A stretch of DNA of 64,000 nt. It comes from Octopus vulgaris. Lineage: Eukaryota. Positions within the stretch are counted from its first letter, which is position 1. The number at the start of each line of letters is the position of its first letter. Below the pieces are notes generated by a model. That model ran no database searches. It saw only the letters and a program-made list of their open reading frames with translations, and was not told the origin of the DNA. The position numbers were made by a program, and so were the translations under genes. The stretch is from positions 19,282,001-19,346,000 of the forward strand of contig OX597820.1 of assembly GCA_951406725.2 (NCBI GenBank). Direction: 5' to 3'. Shown one piece after another: positions 26,101 to 38,314 of the stretch.

Positions 26101-26504
26101 ATATATATATATATAAAGCTGAAATTGTCTGTGTATGGCAGGTTCGCAGGTTTAGTAGCCTTCAACTAACACTATCTCCTCCGAGACCCTGCGGTGCAAG
26201 TTGACCAAAATTGAGAGTATGATAGAAGAAGGCTTGCTCTTCCTTCTGTAGAAGAAAAAATTCAAATCGGACCATGTTAACACCAAAAATTATTTACATC
26301 AAAAAGGTGCTTTTTTTCTATGAAAATCCCTATTTTTTTTTACAATTTTTTTACTGCTGTGATGCCATTTTTCAGTGTATTTCAACCAGAAAAATGTTCA
26401 CTTAAAGAGAATAACAGGCTACATAAAGCAAAATTTTTACTTTTCAAAAATTCCAATTCTAAAGGGTTGAAACAAACCCGAGCAATGCCGGGCGATACTG
26501 CTAG
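26101..26504 (+). mobile_element. Non-autonomous Helitron
   Basis: Same family as 11330; hairpin CCCGAGCAATGCCGGG and CTAG|T end; 5' end merges into (TA)n. Confidence 0.9.
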
Positions 26505-26821
26505 TAATGTATATAATTCCTTGTCTCTTAAATATAGAACTGTATCACTTAAGAATATTATTTTGTGTTAGGTGCACTGAGCCATTTGACGGTTCTTGAC
26601 TACGGAGCAAAATATGTTGCAGTTGGAAGGATAGAAATCACTGACTTCTTGACTGGATGGCCACTATGCTATTGTTTCACGGCATCCACGTTCGAGAAAA
26701 GCTCATTGATACCAACACCGATTGATTGGAAACAGGTGTAGATCGAATTTTGTTTCAATTCTATTTTTAATGAGATCAGAATGAGTTGTTCTTTTGTATG
26801 GATTACAAATAAATAACTTGT

Positions 26822-27615
26822 AATTCCATGATGCAAAACCTAAACAACTCAACAAGAAGCATATATGTGGTCACCTGTCTTGCTAGAAATAGCAGCCAAA
26901 TCTCTCTCAAATGGTACCTTACTGTCATTGAAAAGGACTTTGCTACATTGTTCCCTGATGCAAAATCTTAACATCCCCCCAAAAAGGAGCCTATATGTGG
27001 TCACTCGTTCCGCTAGAAATAGCAGCCAGATTCTCTCAAATGCTACCTTCTTGTCTTTGTAAAGAATGCATTGCGTAATGTCGTCTAAATTATATCACGA
27101 CTACAAGCGGTTGGATGGTCATGGCCAGAAAATACTTGAGTATTGATTGTTCAATCAGAGACAGTTTGGAGTTAAACCAAAGCAACATCAATACTCTAAA
27201 TTACAATCAGCAGCTGTTACGTTATCGCATACATAGGAAGTCTATTTGTGGTCACTCGTTCTGCCAGAAATAGCAGCCATATCTCTCTCATGCTGCTTTA
27301 CTCTCTATAAAAGGAACACATTGGATAATGTAGCCTAAATCATAATTATGACTTACAGAAAAAAAGTTGGATGGTCATGCTTGGAAAGTCTTTGAGTATG
27401 GTCTTTTCAATCTGATAGGAAGTCTATTTGTGGTCACTCGTTCTGCCAGAAATAGCAGCCATGTCTCTCTCATGCTGCTTTATCTCTAAAAAAAAACATA
27501 TTGGATAATGTAGCCTAAATCATAATATCACTTACAGAAAAAAAGTTGGTTGGTCATGCTTGGAAAGTCTTTGAGTATGGTCTTTTCAATCAGAGATAAC
27601 TTGGAGCTAAACAAC
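26822..27615 (+). repeat. Family J tandem array (TGTGGTCAC...AGAAATAGCAGCCA units)
   Basis: Four units at ~26866, ~26996, ~27247, ~27429; the last two are a 182-bp tandem duplication. Confidence 0.85.
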
Positions 27616-28116
27616 ATCTGAAAATATAATCGGCAGTTGTTGTATTTTCCTGTATTTTCTCAATAATCCATATCTCAGATGGGGAAGAATTTTCATTTTC
27701 TAAATAATTGAGTTGATTTTGATAAAAACCACAGAATGAAATTTCCATTCAGATGGCTTCAGTTCCTTCTATCACTTTGTTGTATCCTATATTCCATTCC
27801 ACATTCTTGGCAACAATAGTACAAGCTGTTGTTGTATATATCTCTTATATTATCCTGGATATCAAGCTGGCCTATTGATCAACAACATTCCAATCTAGAT
27901 ATTTCTATCATTTTTTTTTCCCTCTCCAGCTTTTATTTTTTTAAAAACACTTAGCATGCCTAGGTCTACATTCGCCTATGCATTCTTCACTATTAAGACA
28001 GCAGGTGTGAAGCGTGGGTGATTTGGCAAGCCAAGCAATCATCTACAACAGAAGCTCTCAACATAGCCCGTACCATTCCCAAGGGGGGGTGCTGACATGT
28101 AGAAGGGGGCATTTAA

Positions 28117-28904
28117 CCCTTCAGAATTCAGATTTCTCTGTCAAAGGTAATGCTTGTTTATTTACATTGTTTTGAATTCATCATGTATTATCTCGTGGCT
28201 TTAAGATTTCAATGGTGTAATTGTTTATTATAGAACAACATTATAGGCACAGGAGTGGCTGTGTGTTAAGTAGCTTGCTTACCAACCATATGGTTCCAGG
28301 TTCAGTACCACTGCGTGGCACCTTGGGCAAGTGTCTTCTACTATAGCCTCGGGCTGACCAAAGCCTTGTGAGTGGATTTGGTAGACGGAAACTGAAAGAA
28401 GCCCGTTGTATATATGTATATATATATGTGTATGTTTGTGTGTCTGTGTTTGTCCCCCTAGCATTGCTTGACAACTGATGCTGGTGTATTGATGTCCCCG
28501 TCACTTAGCGGTTCGGCAAAAGAGACCAATAGAATACGTACTGGGCTTACAAAGAATAAGTCCCGGGGTCAAGTTGCTCGACTAAAGGCGGTGTTCCAGC
28601 ATGACCACAGTCACATGACTGAAACAAGTAAAAGAGTAAAGAGAGAGAGAGTATAGGATAGGTGTGAGAGTCTGGATCTGGCCACTTTGAACATAAAGCA
28701 AGTATAATATTTGGGCCAGATATGATCAGTTTAAATGCTAAAGGGTTAAACCAGCCATACCCAGCCTCTTGCACCTACCCTACAATGTCATACTAAAACT
28801 AAAAAAGCACATCATCGAAATCTCAACACAAAAAGATAATGCATAAGTAATTCAAAACAATGTGAATATATATAGTGAATAAATATAATTTGAATGCTAA
28901 AGGG
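28117..28904. mobile_element. Inverted dimer of the piggyBac-like TTAA MITE, first unit interrupted by SINE A
   Basis: TTAA-CCCTT...AATGCTAAAGGG-TTAA (ends 28745), then an inverted copy ending AATGCTAAAGGG at 28904. Confidence 0.8.
28245..28645 (+). mobile_element. SINE A, full length
   Basis: Head, core and tail; inserted in the TTAA MITE. Confidence 0.9.
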
Positions 28905-29070
28905 TTTTGGAATGGTTGTGGTGGTGGTGGGGGGGGGGGGGCAGTGAGATAAGGTAATTAAAATACTAAATATTCCCTGTAGTAGTAATTATATTATACA
29001 TAATGAAACTAGTAATGATTATTAAATTAAAATTAGAGATAAGTAGTTTGCTGCTGTGGTTGATCCACAC

Positions 29071-29451
29071 AGGTGCAGGAGTGGCTGTGTGGTAAGTAGC
29101 TTGCTTACCAACCACATGGTTCCGGGTTCAGTCCCACTGCATGGCACCTTGGGCAAGTGTCTTCCACTATAGTCTCAGGCCTACCAAAGCCTTGTGAGTG
29201 GATTTGGTAGACAGAAACTGAAAGAAGCCTGTTGTATTATGTACATGTATATATATATGTGTGTTTGTCCCCCCAACATCACTTGACAACCGATGCTGGT
29301 GTGTTTACGTCCCCGTAACTTAGCAGTTCGGCAAAAGAGACCGATAGAATAAGTACTAGGCTTACAAAGAATAAGTCATGGGGTTGATTTGCTCAGCTAA
29401 AGGTGGTGCTCCAGCATGGCCACAGTCAAATGACTGAAACAAGTAAAAGAG
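29071..29451 (+). mobile_element. SINE A, full length
   Basis: Head, core and tail are all present. Confidence 0.9.
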
Positions 29452-29494
29452 CAACTGTGTAGAATTTACGCAGTTGACCTGATATAGAAAATTT

Positions 29495-29820
29495 CAGGGC
29501 CGTGGACTCGAAACAAAAAACTTCATCTCTGACTCTGACTCCTCTACTATTGGCACCACTGACTCCTCTTTATGTAATTAAGTGATTATGGTCTGCATAT
29601 CTCATAAAGCATATGCAGATGCTTGTACTTTGAGTAGGCCTATATTTTATAACTGGTTTAGATTAAAGAATAAAGATATTCTTCCCTACTCTAGGCACAA
29701 GGCCTAAAATTTGTGGAGAGGGGTCCAGTAGATTAGATTGACCCCAGTAAAGATATTGTGAGTCACAAGTTGGAGTCGGTATAGATTTACCAACTTTATG
29801 ACTCTGACTCCACAGCCCTG
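29495..29820. mobile_element. hAT-type MITE containing a 5'-truncated SINE B tail
   Basis: TIRs CAGGGCCGTGGA...TCCACAGCCCTG, 8-bp TSD GAAAATTT; nested insert 29681-29747 has a 10-bp TSD TAAAGATATT. Confidence 0.9.
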
Positions 29821-29964
29821 GAAAATTTCATTAGATCTCATCAGGGAAGTCATTAATTTGTAATGAATAAAATAAATTTGCAACTTTTGTCTTTATTAAT
29901 TTTTTTATCATTTCACTATTAAAAGCTTATACAGTCCATCTTTTGAGTAAAATTTTAAAATTGG

Positions 29965-30175
29965 TTAAAAATTTTGGCACAAGGCTAGCAATTTCGGGGG
30001 AGGAAGCAAGTTGATTAATTCCCACCTGGTGCTGTACTGTTACTTATTTTATTGACCCCAAAAGGATGAAAGGTAACATTGACCTCAGCAGGATTTGAAC
30101 TCAGAACATAAAAGACCGACAAAATGCTGCCAAACGTTTTACCTGGTGTGCTAACAGTTTCTGCCAGCTTGCCAT
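29965..30175 (-). mobile_element. SINE B
   Basis: Conserved body; tail of the ...CCTTGTGCCAAAATTT type. Confidence 0.8.
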
Positions 30176-30222
30176 CAGTTTCAAATTTTGGCACAAGGCC
30201 AGTAATTTTTGAAGGGAGCTGG

Positions 30223-30965
30223 GGGTGCAGGAGTGGCTGTGTGGTAAGTAGCTTGCTTATCAACCACATGGTTCTGGGTTCAATCCCACTGCATGGCTCC
30301 TTGGGCAAGTGTCTTCTATTATAGCCTTGGGTGACCAAAGCCTTGTGAGCGGATTTTGTAGATGGAAACTGAAAGAAGCCCATCATTTATATATATTTAT
30401 ATGTTTGTGTGTCTGTGTTTGTCCCCTCAACATTGCTTGACAACTGATGCTGGTGTGTTTATATCCCTGTAACTAAGCGGTTCAGCAAAAGGAACCACCG
30501 ATAAAATAAGTAGTAGGCTTACAAAGAATAAGTCCCGGGGTCGATTTTCCCAACTAAAGGCAGTGCTCCCGCATGGTCGCAGTCAAATGACTTAAACAGG
30601 TAAAAGAATAAAAGAATATCATATATAATAGACCAGTGTGCAACCATGGCTGTGTGGTTTAGAAGCTTGCTTTCTAACCATGTGGTTTCAGGTTCAGTCC
30701 CACTGTGTGGCACCTTGGGCAAATGTCTTCTACTATAAGCCCCAGGTCAACCAATACCTTGTGAGTGAATTTGGTTGGTGGAAACTGTGTGGAAGCCCAT
30801 CATGTGTGTGTCTATTTTTATGTTTGTGTTTGTCCCCCAACCAGCCGTTTAACAGCCTGTATTGGTTTGTTTACATCCCTGCAACTTGTACAAAAAGGTA
30901 CAAGGTCAATTTGTTTGACAAAACGCTCCAGCATGGCCACAGTCCAATGGCTGAAACAAATAAAA
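30223..30965 (+). mobile_element. Two SINE A copies in tandem
   Basis: 30223-30615 and an older copy at 30636-30965. Confidence 0.85.
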
Positions 30966-30999
30966 CATAAAAAATAGCGTATCTTGGGAATTCTTCTTC

Positions 31000-31200
31000 T
31001 TCATCATCATCATTGTTTAGTGTCCGTTTTCCGTGCTAGCATGGGTTGGATGGTTCAACTGGGGTCTGGGAAGCCAGGAAGCTGCACCAGGCTCCAGTCT
31101 GATCTGGCAGTGTTTCTACAGCTGGATGCCCTTCCTAACACCAACCACTCCGTGAGTGTAGTGGATGCTTTTTACGTGCCACCAGCACAGGTGCCAGGGG
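31000..31200 (-). mobile_element. Family C RTE-type 3' tail
   Basis: (CAT)n plus the conserved C motifs. Confidence 0.85.
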
Positions 31201-31894
31201 AGTCTGCATTTTTTTTTAAGAATAATAGGGTGTTCTCTGAGGTAGATTTAGCTGCTATTTCTAGCAAACCGACTGCTGACCTAGAGCACTCTCATTCCAC
31301 GCTCTGCTTCTTAGTAGACTTCTCTACCATTTCTGGTGGATTCAGTGAAGGAAATAGAGAGTCCCGAACACTCTGCCCCACCCACCACTGCTCCTCTTTG
31401 GGTTGAAAGTACAGGTGACACAAGGTAGAAAGCGATGCCACTACCACAGTGGCAGCTGTTCAAGTACAAATTGTATGGTGACGATGATTGCATGTCTATG
31501 TGTGTGTGTGTGTGTGTGTGTTGCGGAACACATGTCACTGGAATGTGGGGGGTGGTTTTTATGGCTGGATGGTGCCATCCTTAACAGCCGAGCAAATACT
31601 TGACAATGCCTGCCTGCTGTATGCAGATGAGTAATGATTGAAATACATAAAGAATATTGAAATTTAGTCGGGGTGGGGATGGGGGGGTGGGGGAGAAAAA
31701 AAAAAACCAAGCACACACACCTCATAGGAGTTATTATTTATGAGTAGGAGATGATGGAGAAGATGGCGTGAACAGGGACAGGTGGGTGGGGGGGTGGGGG
31801 TTCGTGCGTGGCGGCGAGGAATGGTTTGGGAAACAGAGGCAGTTTGCAACAATTCCCTTTCTGATAAAGTCAAGCAGCCAAAATATCACACTTG

Positions 31895-32348
31895 CCTGTG
31901 TGTGGATGGATGGGCGTGTGTGTGTGTGCATGTGTATATGTGTGTGATTGTGTGTGATTGTGTGTGCGTGTGTGAGTGTGTGTGAGTGATATAGTTTGGA
32001 TGCTGGAGCAACCATGTACAATTTAAATTTCTGAGTACTTGTCTGTCTGTCTGTCTCTCTCTCTCTGTCTCTCTCTCATTTATGTATGTGTGTATTGTAC
32101 ATGTTTGTGTATGCATGAGCACATGTATATGTGTGTTTGTGTGTGTGTATACACACATATATACCTGGTCAAACATTTATATACACACGCAGACATTTAT
32201 ATATAAAAATACACACAGTTATTATAAGAAATATTGCAATATAAGACTCTTGTATACATTATATGTACATATATAAATATATATATGTATATATATATAT
32301 GTATATATATATGTGTGTATGAGGTGTGTTGTGTGTTTTTATGTGTGT

Positions 32349-32398
<50 letters not shown>

Positions 32399-32660
32399 GC
32401 ATTTGTATACATGTATGATAACATATTTGCCTGTATATGTATGAATGGATATATATATATATATAATATATATACACACACACATATATATATACATATA
32501 TATATGAATGAATGTGCGTGTGTATCTCTTTATATATATACATGCGTCTGTCTGTGTGTGTGTGTGTGCGTGCATGTGTGTGTGTGTTGTGTACACATAT
32601 ATTTATTGATACATATATGTGCACATATATTTACATAGCATATGTGTCTATGTGTATGTG
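31895..32660. repeat. Long degenerate (TG)n/(TA)n/(CA)n low-complexity tract
   Basis: Direct reading. Confidence 0.9.
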
Positions 32661-32921
32661 TGATAAATTTGACTCTGCAAACAGTATTGAGTTCTTTCAA
32701 CACTAAATGTCGTATACAACTTTAAGATTTCACATCTCTAATATGAAGATTTATGTGTGCGTGTGTGTGGAATAATTTTTATAACAATGGAAGCTATAGA
32801 TAATAGTGCATAGAATACTAGATGGAAAATGCTGAAGGCTGCTCCCATATATACACGTATGTCTCTACATATATATATATAGTGAGAGAGAGAGAAAGAG
32901 ATGTATGTATGTATGTATATC

Positions 32922-32961
<40 letters not shown>

Positions 32962-33121
32962 CGTATTTTTGCCATTTCAATATGGCTAACCCCTAAGGGT
33001 GGATGCTACTGTAGTTTTTAGCCCCAGGAGGACACACTCCTCCAGCTGGCCATAGACACACTTTCTGTGTCCTGTGTCCTATACCGCTACTGTATATAAC
33101 TCACTTTGATATTTATCATTG

Positions 33122-33177
<56 letters not shown>

Positions 33178-33715
33178 ATGTATTATTATCATCGGGGACA
33201 ATCAGAGTTGATATATAAATGCTTTTGTGTATGTGAGTACACATTTGATAAACACACACACACACACACCACATACACACACACACACACAAATCAACAT
33301 TGGCTGTTTCTTATGCCCCAAGATTTCATTCAATTTCCTCTTGATTTAGCGATTCCTCCTTGTTCATTATACTGATAACTGAAAAAGCCAATCCTTGTGA
33401 AAAATAGGCAGGAACGAAAATGGTAAAGAGAAAACGGTGGAATCACAGTGGATATTGTATCTAGCATTCATTACATTCTTCTTTTGACTCCAGTTTTTCA
33501 GTTCCGTTGGTAATGGAGTGATGCTGGTTGGAACAATTTTGGGCTTCAGTTTTCCACATTTTATCTAAATTCCAGTCATTTTAAAGACTATTTTTAACTG
33601 GTTTTTGTTATGTTGGATAGGACATCCTCATGATATTTTCCTCGTATTTAATTCTCTGAAGATTAAGTAACTGAGAAAGAAATCTGTCTTTCATTTTAAC
33701 TATGTGTCTTAACTA

Positions 33716-34281
33716 TTGGGTTGTCCGGAAAGTTCGTGCCAATTTTTAAAGGAAAGAAAAAGGTCAATAAATACTTGCCATTACATTTTGAATCAACCAA
33801 ATATGAAACATTTTGTTGCACAATGCATCTCCATCTTTCCTTTAACTTGAAAATACCCTCTTCCCAGAATTGAGGTGGTTTCATGGCAAAGAATTCATCA
33901 AGGTATCTTTTTACGTCATCCAAGGAATTGAAATTTTTACCATTAAGACTATTCTGCAGAGACCTGAATAAGTGGAAATCCAAAGGAGCAATATCTGGTG
34001 AATATGGAGGGTGGGGTAACACATCCCAGCCGAGCTGCAGCAATTTTTCTCTGGTTCCCAAAGCATCAAGTGCCAAAAATGAACTTTCTTATCTTCCATT
34101 TTAATGGGTCACAGAATTAACACAGGTTATAGGAACATAAACCATCTTCCACGAAAAGATAGCTTAAACTGTACTCTAAATGGAGGTATAGTCAAATCCT
34201 ATTTTATGGACTCAACCATGTTCTAAAATAAGTCGAAAGGTAAGCTACTATAAATCGGCACAAACTTTCCGGACAACCCAA
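33716..34281 (-). mobile_element. Internally deleted mariner transposon (566 bp)
   Basis: TIRs TTGGGTTGTCCGGAAAGTT(C/T)GTGCC, TA TSD on both sides; N-terminal MEDKKVHFWHLMLWE joined out of frame to C-terminal LGWDVLPHPPYSPDIAPLDFHLFRSLQ...FWEEGIFKLKERW (mariner YSPDLAP motif). Confidence 0.95.
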
Positions 34282-34324
34282 TATTATAGCTGGTGTTTCA
34301 TCATAGTTGGTTTGATATATGGTT

Positions 34325-34480
34325 CAAAATTGTACAATAAATCTGAAGACAGAGACAGGTGAGGGGACAAGCAAGGCATGTTTATTTGACGCTCAGGGGA
34401 AATGAAAGTCTTTGACGTTTCAAACCTATTCTCTTTTACAAAAAGGAACGTGGAAAGAAAACATATGGAGTGAAGAAAGA
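34325..34480 (-). mobile_element. Possible Penelope-like 3' fragment
   Basis: Minus strand ...AAGAGAATAGGTTTGAAACGTCAAAGAC resembles the decayed GAAACGTC hammerhead half seen in Penelope-like repeats. Confidence 0.3.
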
Positions 34481-34659
34481 AAATGGAGAGAGAGAGAGAG
34501 AAAAAACATGTCTCAGTTGATCACCCCAGTGTTATCCTGTATGATTGAACTTCTTCCTCTTGTCGACCCTTATCTCTATTAGCTTCTTAGATCTTCGGTA
34601 CCGTCACTATATCCGGATTACCATTGGAACTTTATACTTCTTGGACTCTGCTGTCATGG

Positions 34660-34850
34660 ATCTTACTGCTCACTCTTGTTAATTTGGTTCCATATGACAT
34701 TTTCTAGATGTTTAAGTTGATGGAAATGATCCAGCTTTTTGATGTCTCAACAGTAAAGCCTCCGTGTTTGACGACCATATAATAATATTGAGATAATAGC
34801 AGCTTGATGGACTGCCAAGTTTGTCTTTTAGGGTACATGCTCCCTCATCC
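34660..34850 (-). pseudogene. RTE-clade LINE fragment
   Basis: Frameshifted TKLAVHQAAIISILYGRQT...IKKLDHFHQ resembles RTE TK..VY.A.V...LLYG.ETW...KL..FH. Confidence 0.55.
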
Positions 34851-34855
34851 ACCTT

Positions 34856-35425
34856 ATTTCTTTATTACCGACAAGGGGCTAAACACAGAGGGGACAAACA
34901 AGGACAGACAATCGGATTAAGTCGATTACATCGACCCCAGTGCGTAACTGGTACTTATTTAATCGACCCCAAAAGGATGAAAGGCAAAGTCGACCTCGGC
35001 AGAATTTAAACTCAGAACGTAACATCAGACGAAATACCTATTTCTTTACTACCCACAAGGGGCTAAACACAGAGGGGACAAACAGATTAAGTCGATTATA
35101 TCAGCCCCAGTGCATAACTGGTACTTATTTAATCTACCCCGAAAGGATGAAAGGCAAAGTCGACCTCGGCAGAATTTAAACTCAGAACGTAACATCAGAC
35201 GAAATACCTATTTCTTTACTACCCACAAGGGGCTAAACACAGAGGGGACAAACGGATTAAGTCGATTATATCAACCCCAGTGCATAACTAGTACTTATTT
35301 AATCAACCCCGAAAGGATGAAAGGCAAAGTCGACCTCGGCAGAATTTGAACTCAGAAAGTAATGGCAGATGAAATACCGCTAAGCATTTCGCCCGGCGTG
35401 CTAACGTTTCTGCCACCTTGCCTTT
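34856..35425 (-). mobile_element. Three tandem SINE B units with a 170-bp period
   Basis: Junction GACGAAATACCTA|TTTCTTT repeats at ~35040 and ~35210; only the last unit keeps the head. Confidence 0.9.
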
Positions 35426-35721
35426 TCTGAAGTATATCTGTTAACAAAAATACATCCGCGAAAGGGTTTTCACAGGACGGTGAGGGAAGGATATCAATAT
35501 AGGTGTGTATATTTATATATAGATTTGTGTTTAATTGCGTGCATGTATTTGTGTGTATATATGTGTGCGTGTGTGTGTATGTTGTTCAATCAAATCATCA
35601 TCATCATTTAGCATCTATTTTCCATGCTGGCATGAGTTGAACAGTTTTGACAAGAGCTGGCAAGCTGGAGAACTGCATTGGCTCCATCGTCTACTTTGCC
35701 ATGGTTTCTCCAGTCACCACT

Positions 35722-36275
35722 TTACTGTCTTTGAAAAGCTTAGTAGTTCTTGATTCGCTACGTTCTTCCCTGATACAAAATCTGAACAACCCAACAAATG
35801 AACCTGTATGTGGTCATGCGTTCTGCTAGAAATAGCAGTCAAATCTCACTCAAATTCCACCTTACTGTCGTTTAAAAGGGCCTAGTAGTTCTCGATTCGC
35901 TACATTCTTCCTTGGTACAAAATCTTAACAATCCAACAAGTGAAACTATTTGTGGTCACACGTTCTGCTAGAAATAGCAGCCAAATCTCTCTCAAATGCC
36001 ACCTTACTATCTTTAAAATAGACATTTGACCTCAATGTGAAATCTTAACAACTCAGCAAAGGAGCCTATATGTTGCCACTTGTGCTAAAAATAGCAGCCA
36101 AATCTTTCTCAAATTCCACCTTACTGTCTTTAAATGAGCACAAAAATCTTAACAACCCAACAAGTGAACCTATATGTGGTCATGCGTTCTGCTAGAAATA
36201 GCAACCAAATCTTTCTCAAATTCCACCTAACTCTCTTTAAAAGGGCCTAGTAGTTCTTGATTTGCTACATTATTC
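35722..36275 (+). repeat. Second family J tandem array
   Basis: Four (G/A)AAATAGCAGCCAAATCT-type units at ~35826, ~35968, ~36084, ~36191 with variable spacing. Confidence 0.85.
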
Positions 36276-36519
36276 CCATGGTTTCTGCAGTTAATCAGAT
36301 CAACTGGAACCCCTGTTGTCATAACCCAAGGAGTGCCAGTTAAACTCTATGGCTATACCTGCGCACGTGCGTGTATGTATGTGTGTGAGTGTGTTTATAT
36401 AGACATATCAAATTGATGTACCAGGTTATTAAAGTGAAAGAAAAAAGAAAGCTATGTAGCACAGCTGACTTAGAAGAGATGCAGTATGGGGTACCCCCAA
36501 CACTTTGTTCCTATTGAGA

Positions 36520-37082
36520 TGACTATAGAAGAAGTGAAGGTAGGTATCCATCAAGCCTCAGGTCTAATTCTTCCCCCACTTATGTTATAGTTCTCCAGGC
36601 CATAACAGAGGTGCTTAAGTCCAACTGTCTGTGAGAACACTTGTACACTGATGACCCAGTTCTCACAGCTGAATCTGGTGAAGATTTTCAGAAGATATTG
36701 TAAACATGGAAGCCAAAAAAAAGAAAAAATCTAGAATTAAGAGGTCTAGAAGTTAACCTAGCAAAAACAAAAGTTTTATTTAGCAGGGGAAGAAGACAGG
36801 ACTGCTGCTGTGAGGGGAGTGGCCATCCTCAATGTGCAGAAAAGGGGTAGGTAGGAATTCCATATGGTGTACTCAAACTGTGAGTGCATGCAAAAGAGTT
36901 GTAATAGGATCACAGACAGGGGCAAACTTTGCCTGTAGCAGATGTGCAGGAGTGGTTAGCAGTAACAATACCCGTGAAAGAAATTCTTTCAAATGTCTGG
37001 AAGGCTCTCTAGATATAGTTAATAGTTTCTCTTACCTAGGGGATCTAATTAGTCATAGAAATGGGTGTTCCAAAAGCATTGG
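36520..37082 (+). pseudogene. RTE-clade LINE reverse transcriptase remnant
   Basis: Broken frames give EVKVGIHQAS, HLYTDDPVL (YADD motif), RGLEVNLAKTKVL, a Cys-rich CRKGVGRNSIWC...CSRC insert and IVNSFSYLGDLIS. Confidence 0.85.
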
Positions 37083-37239
37083 TTGTGTGTGTGTGCGTGT
37101 GTATTCATCATTGTGTATGAGTAGATATGAGTTTGCATGTTCATGCACACACACACACACACACACACCTACCTACCTTCTGATGTTATAAATCCTAATA
37201 AATAATATCTTGGGATGTCTGACCTCAAAATAATAACAA

Positions 37240-37592
37240 AAGAAAAAGGGATCAGTTTTAAAATTCATCTCACAGCTTTCGGGGCATGCTAAAGAAAAAT
37301 TTGCCAGAACTTGAAAAGAATCCAAGCATATCTATATTTCTTCAGACAAAGCTAAAAATAACCACAAAACTGATCCCTGCATATACCATGGACAGTTTTC
37401 TAACAACAACACCAATGCCTACATGAAAGCTGACCCTTGAATTTAACATGCTATTAATTTAGACAGAAGGAAACAGCTACCAACCAAGAGATAAATGATA
37501 AAGTAGAAACTTTAGCGTTATGTGAACCATGCAATACATTTAAAGATCATAAACATAATTGTCTTACCAGTCTTAAATTTAAATTGATATAG
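37240..37592 (+). pseudogene. Penelope-like element reverse transcriptase N-terminal remnant
   Basis: Broken frames give IYISSDKAKN, NTNAYMKAD, EINDKVETLALCEPCNTFKDHKHNCLTSLKFKLI, matching the PLE pattern ADKT.N...NIT..YKKA...IDDRVE.LA...AFITLKDHK.NF...P.CRLI. Confidence 0.7.
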
Positions 37593-37745
37593 GATGCAGC
37601 TGTGCCTTAGGGTGCAGGCGTGGCTGTGTGGTAGGAAGTTTGCTTCTCACTGCATGGCACTTTAGGCAAGTGTTTCCTACTGTAGCTTGGTGAGTGGATT
37701 TGGCAGGCAGAAACTGAAAGAAACCCATCATATATGCATATATAA

Positions 37746-38208
37746 AGACCCCCTTTGGTCACGAATAACTGTGCGATTGCATCTAGGAAGTTCCCCTCTG
37801 AGGTACAAGTCCAGGTAAGGTTGTTTATGGAAGGCCAGCAATCACCCATGCATACCAGCCTCCCCTCTCCACACCTATCATATGTTCATAGGGAAAAGGG
37901 TAAAGACCCCCCTTTGGTCATGAACGACCTAGGGATTGCATCTAGAAAGTTACCCTCTGAGGCACAAGTCCAGGTAAGGTTGTTTATGGAAGACCAGCAG
38001 TCACCCATGCATACCAGCTTCCTCTCTCCATGCGACTTATGGTATCCAAGGGAAAGGCAAAGGCCGATACAGCTTGGCACCAGTGATGTTGCAACTCATT
38101 TCTACAGCTGAGTGAACTGGAGCAATGTGAAATATGTAGCCCAGTCCGGGAATCGAACTCACAACCTCACAGTCGTAAGCTTGATGCTCTAACCACTGAA
38201 CCATACAC
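37746..38208 (-). mobile_element. SINE E with a tandemly duplicated 3' part
   Basis: AAAGACCCCCTTTGGTCA unit at ~37745 and ~37902; head at the right end. Confidence 0.85.
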
Positions 38209-38211
38209 CAT

Positions 38212-38216
38212 GTATG

Positions 38217-38311
<95 letters not shown>

Positions 38312-38314
38312 ATG

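Noticed and set aside
26822-27615. Repeat-spacer appearance suggesting a CRISPR-like array (also 35722-36275)
   Set aside because: Eukaryotic context, the inter-core sequences are homologous to each other and vary widely in length, and there are no cas genes.
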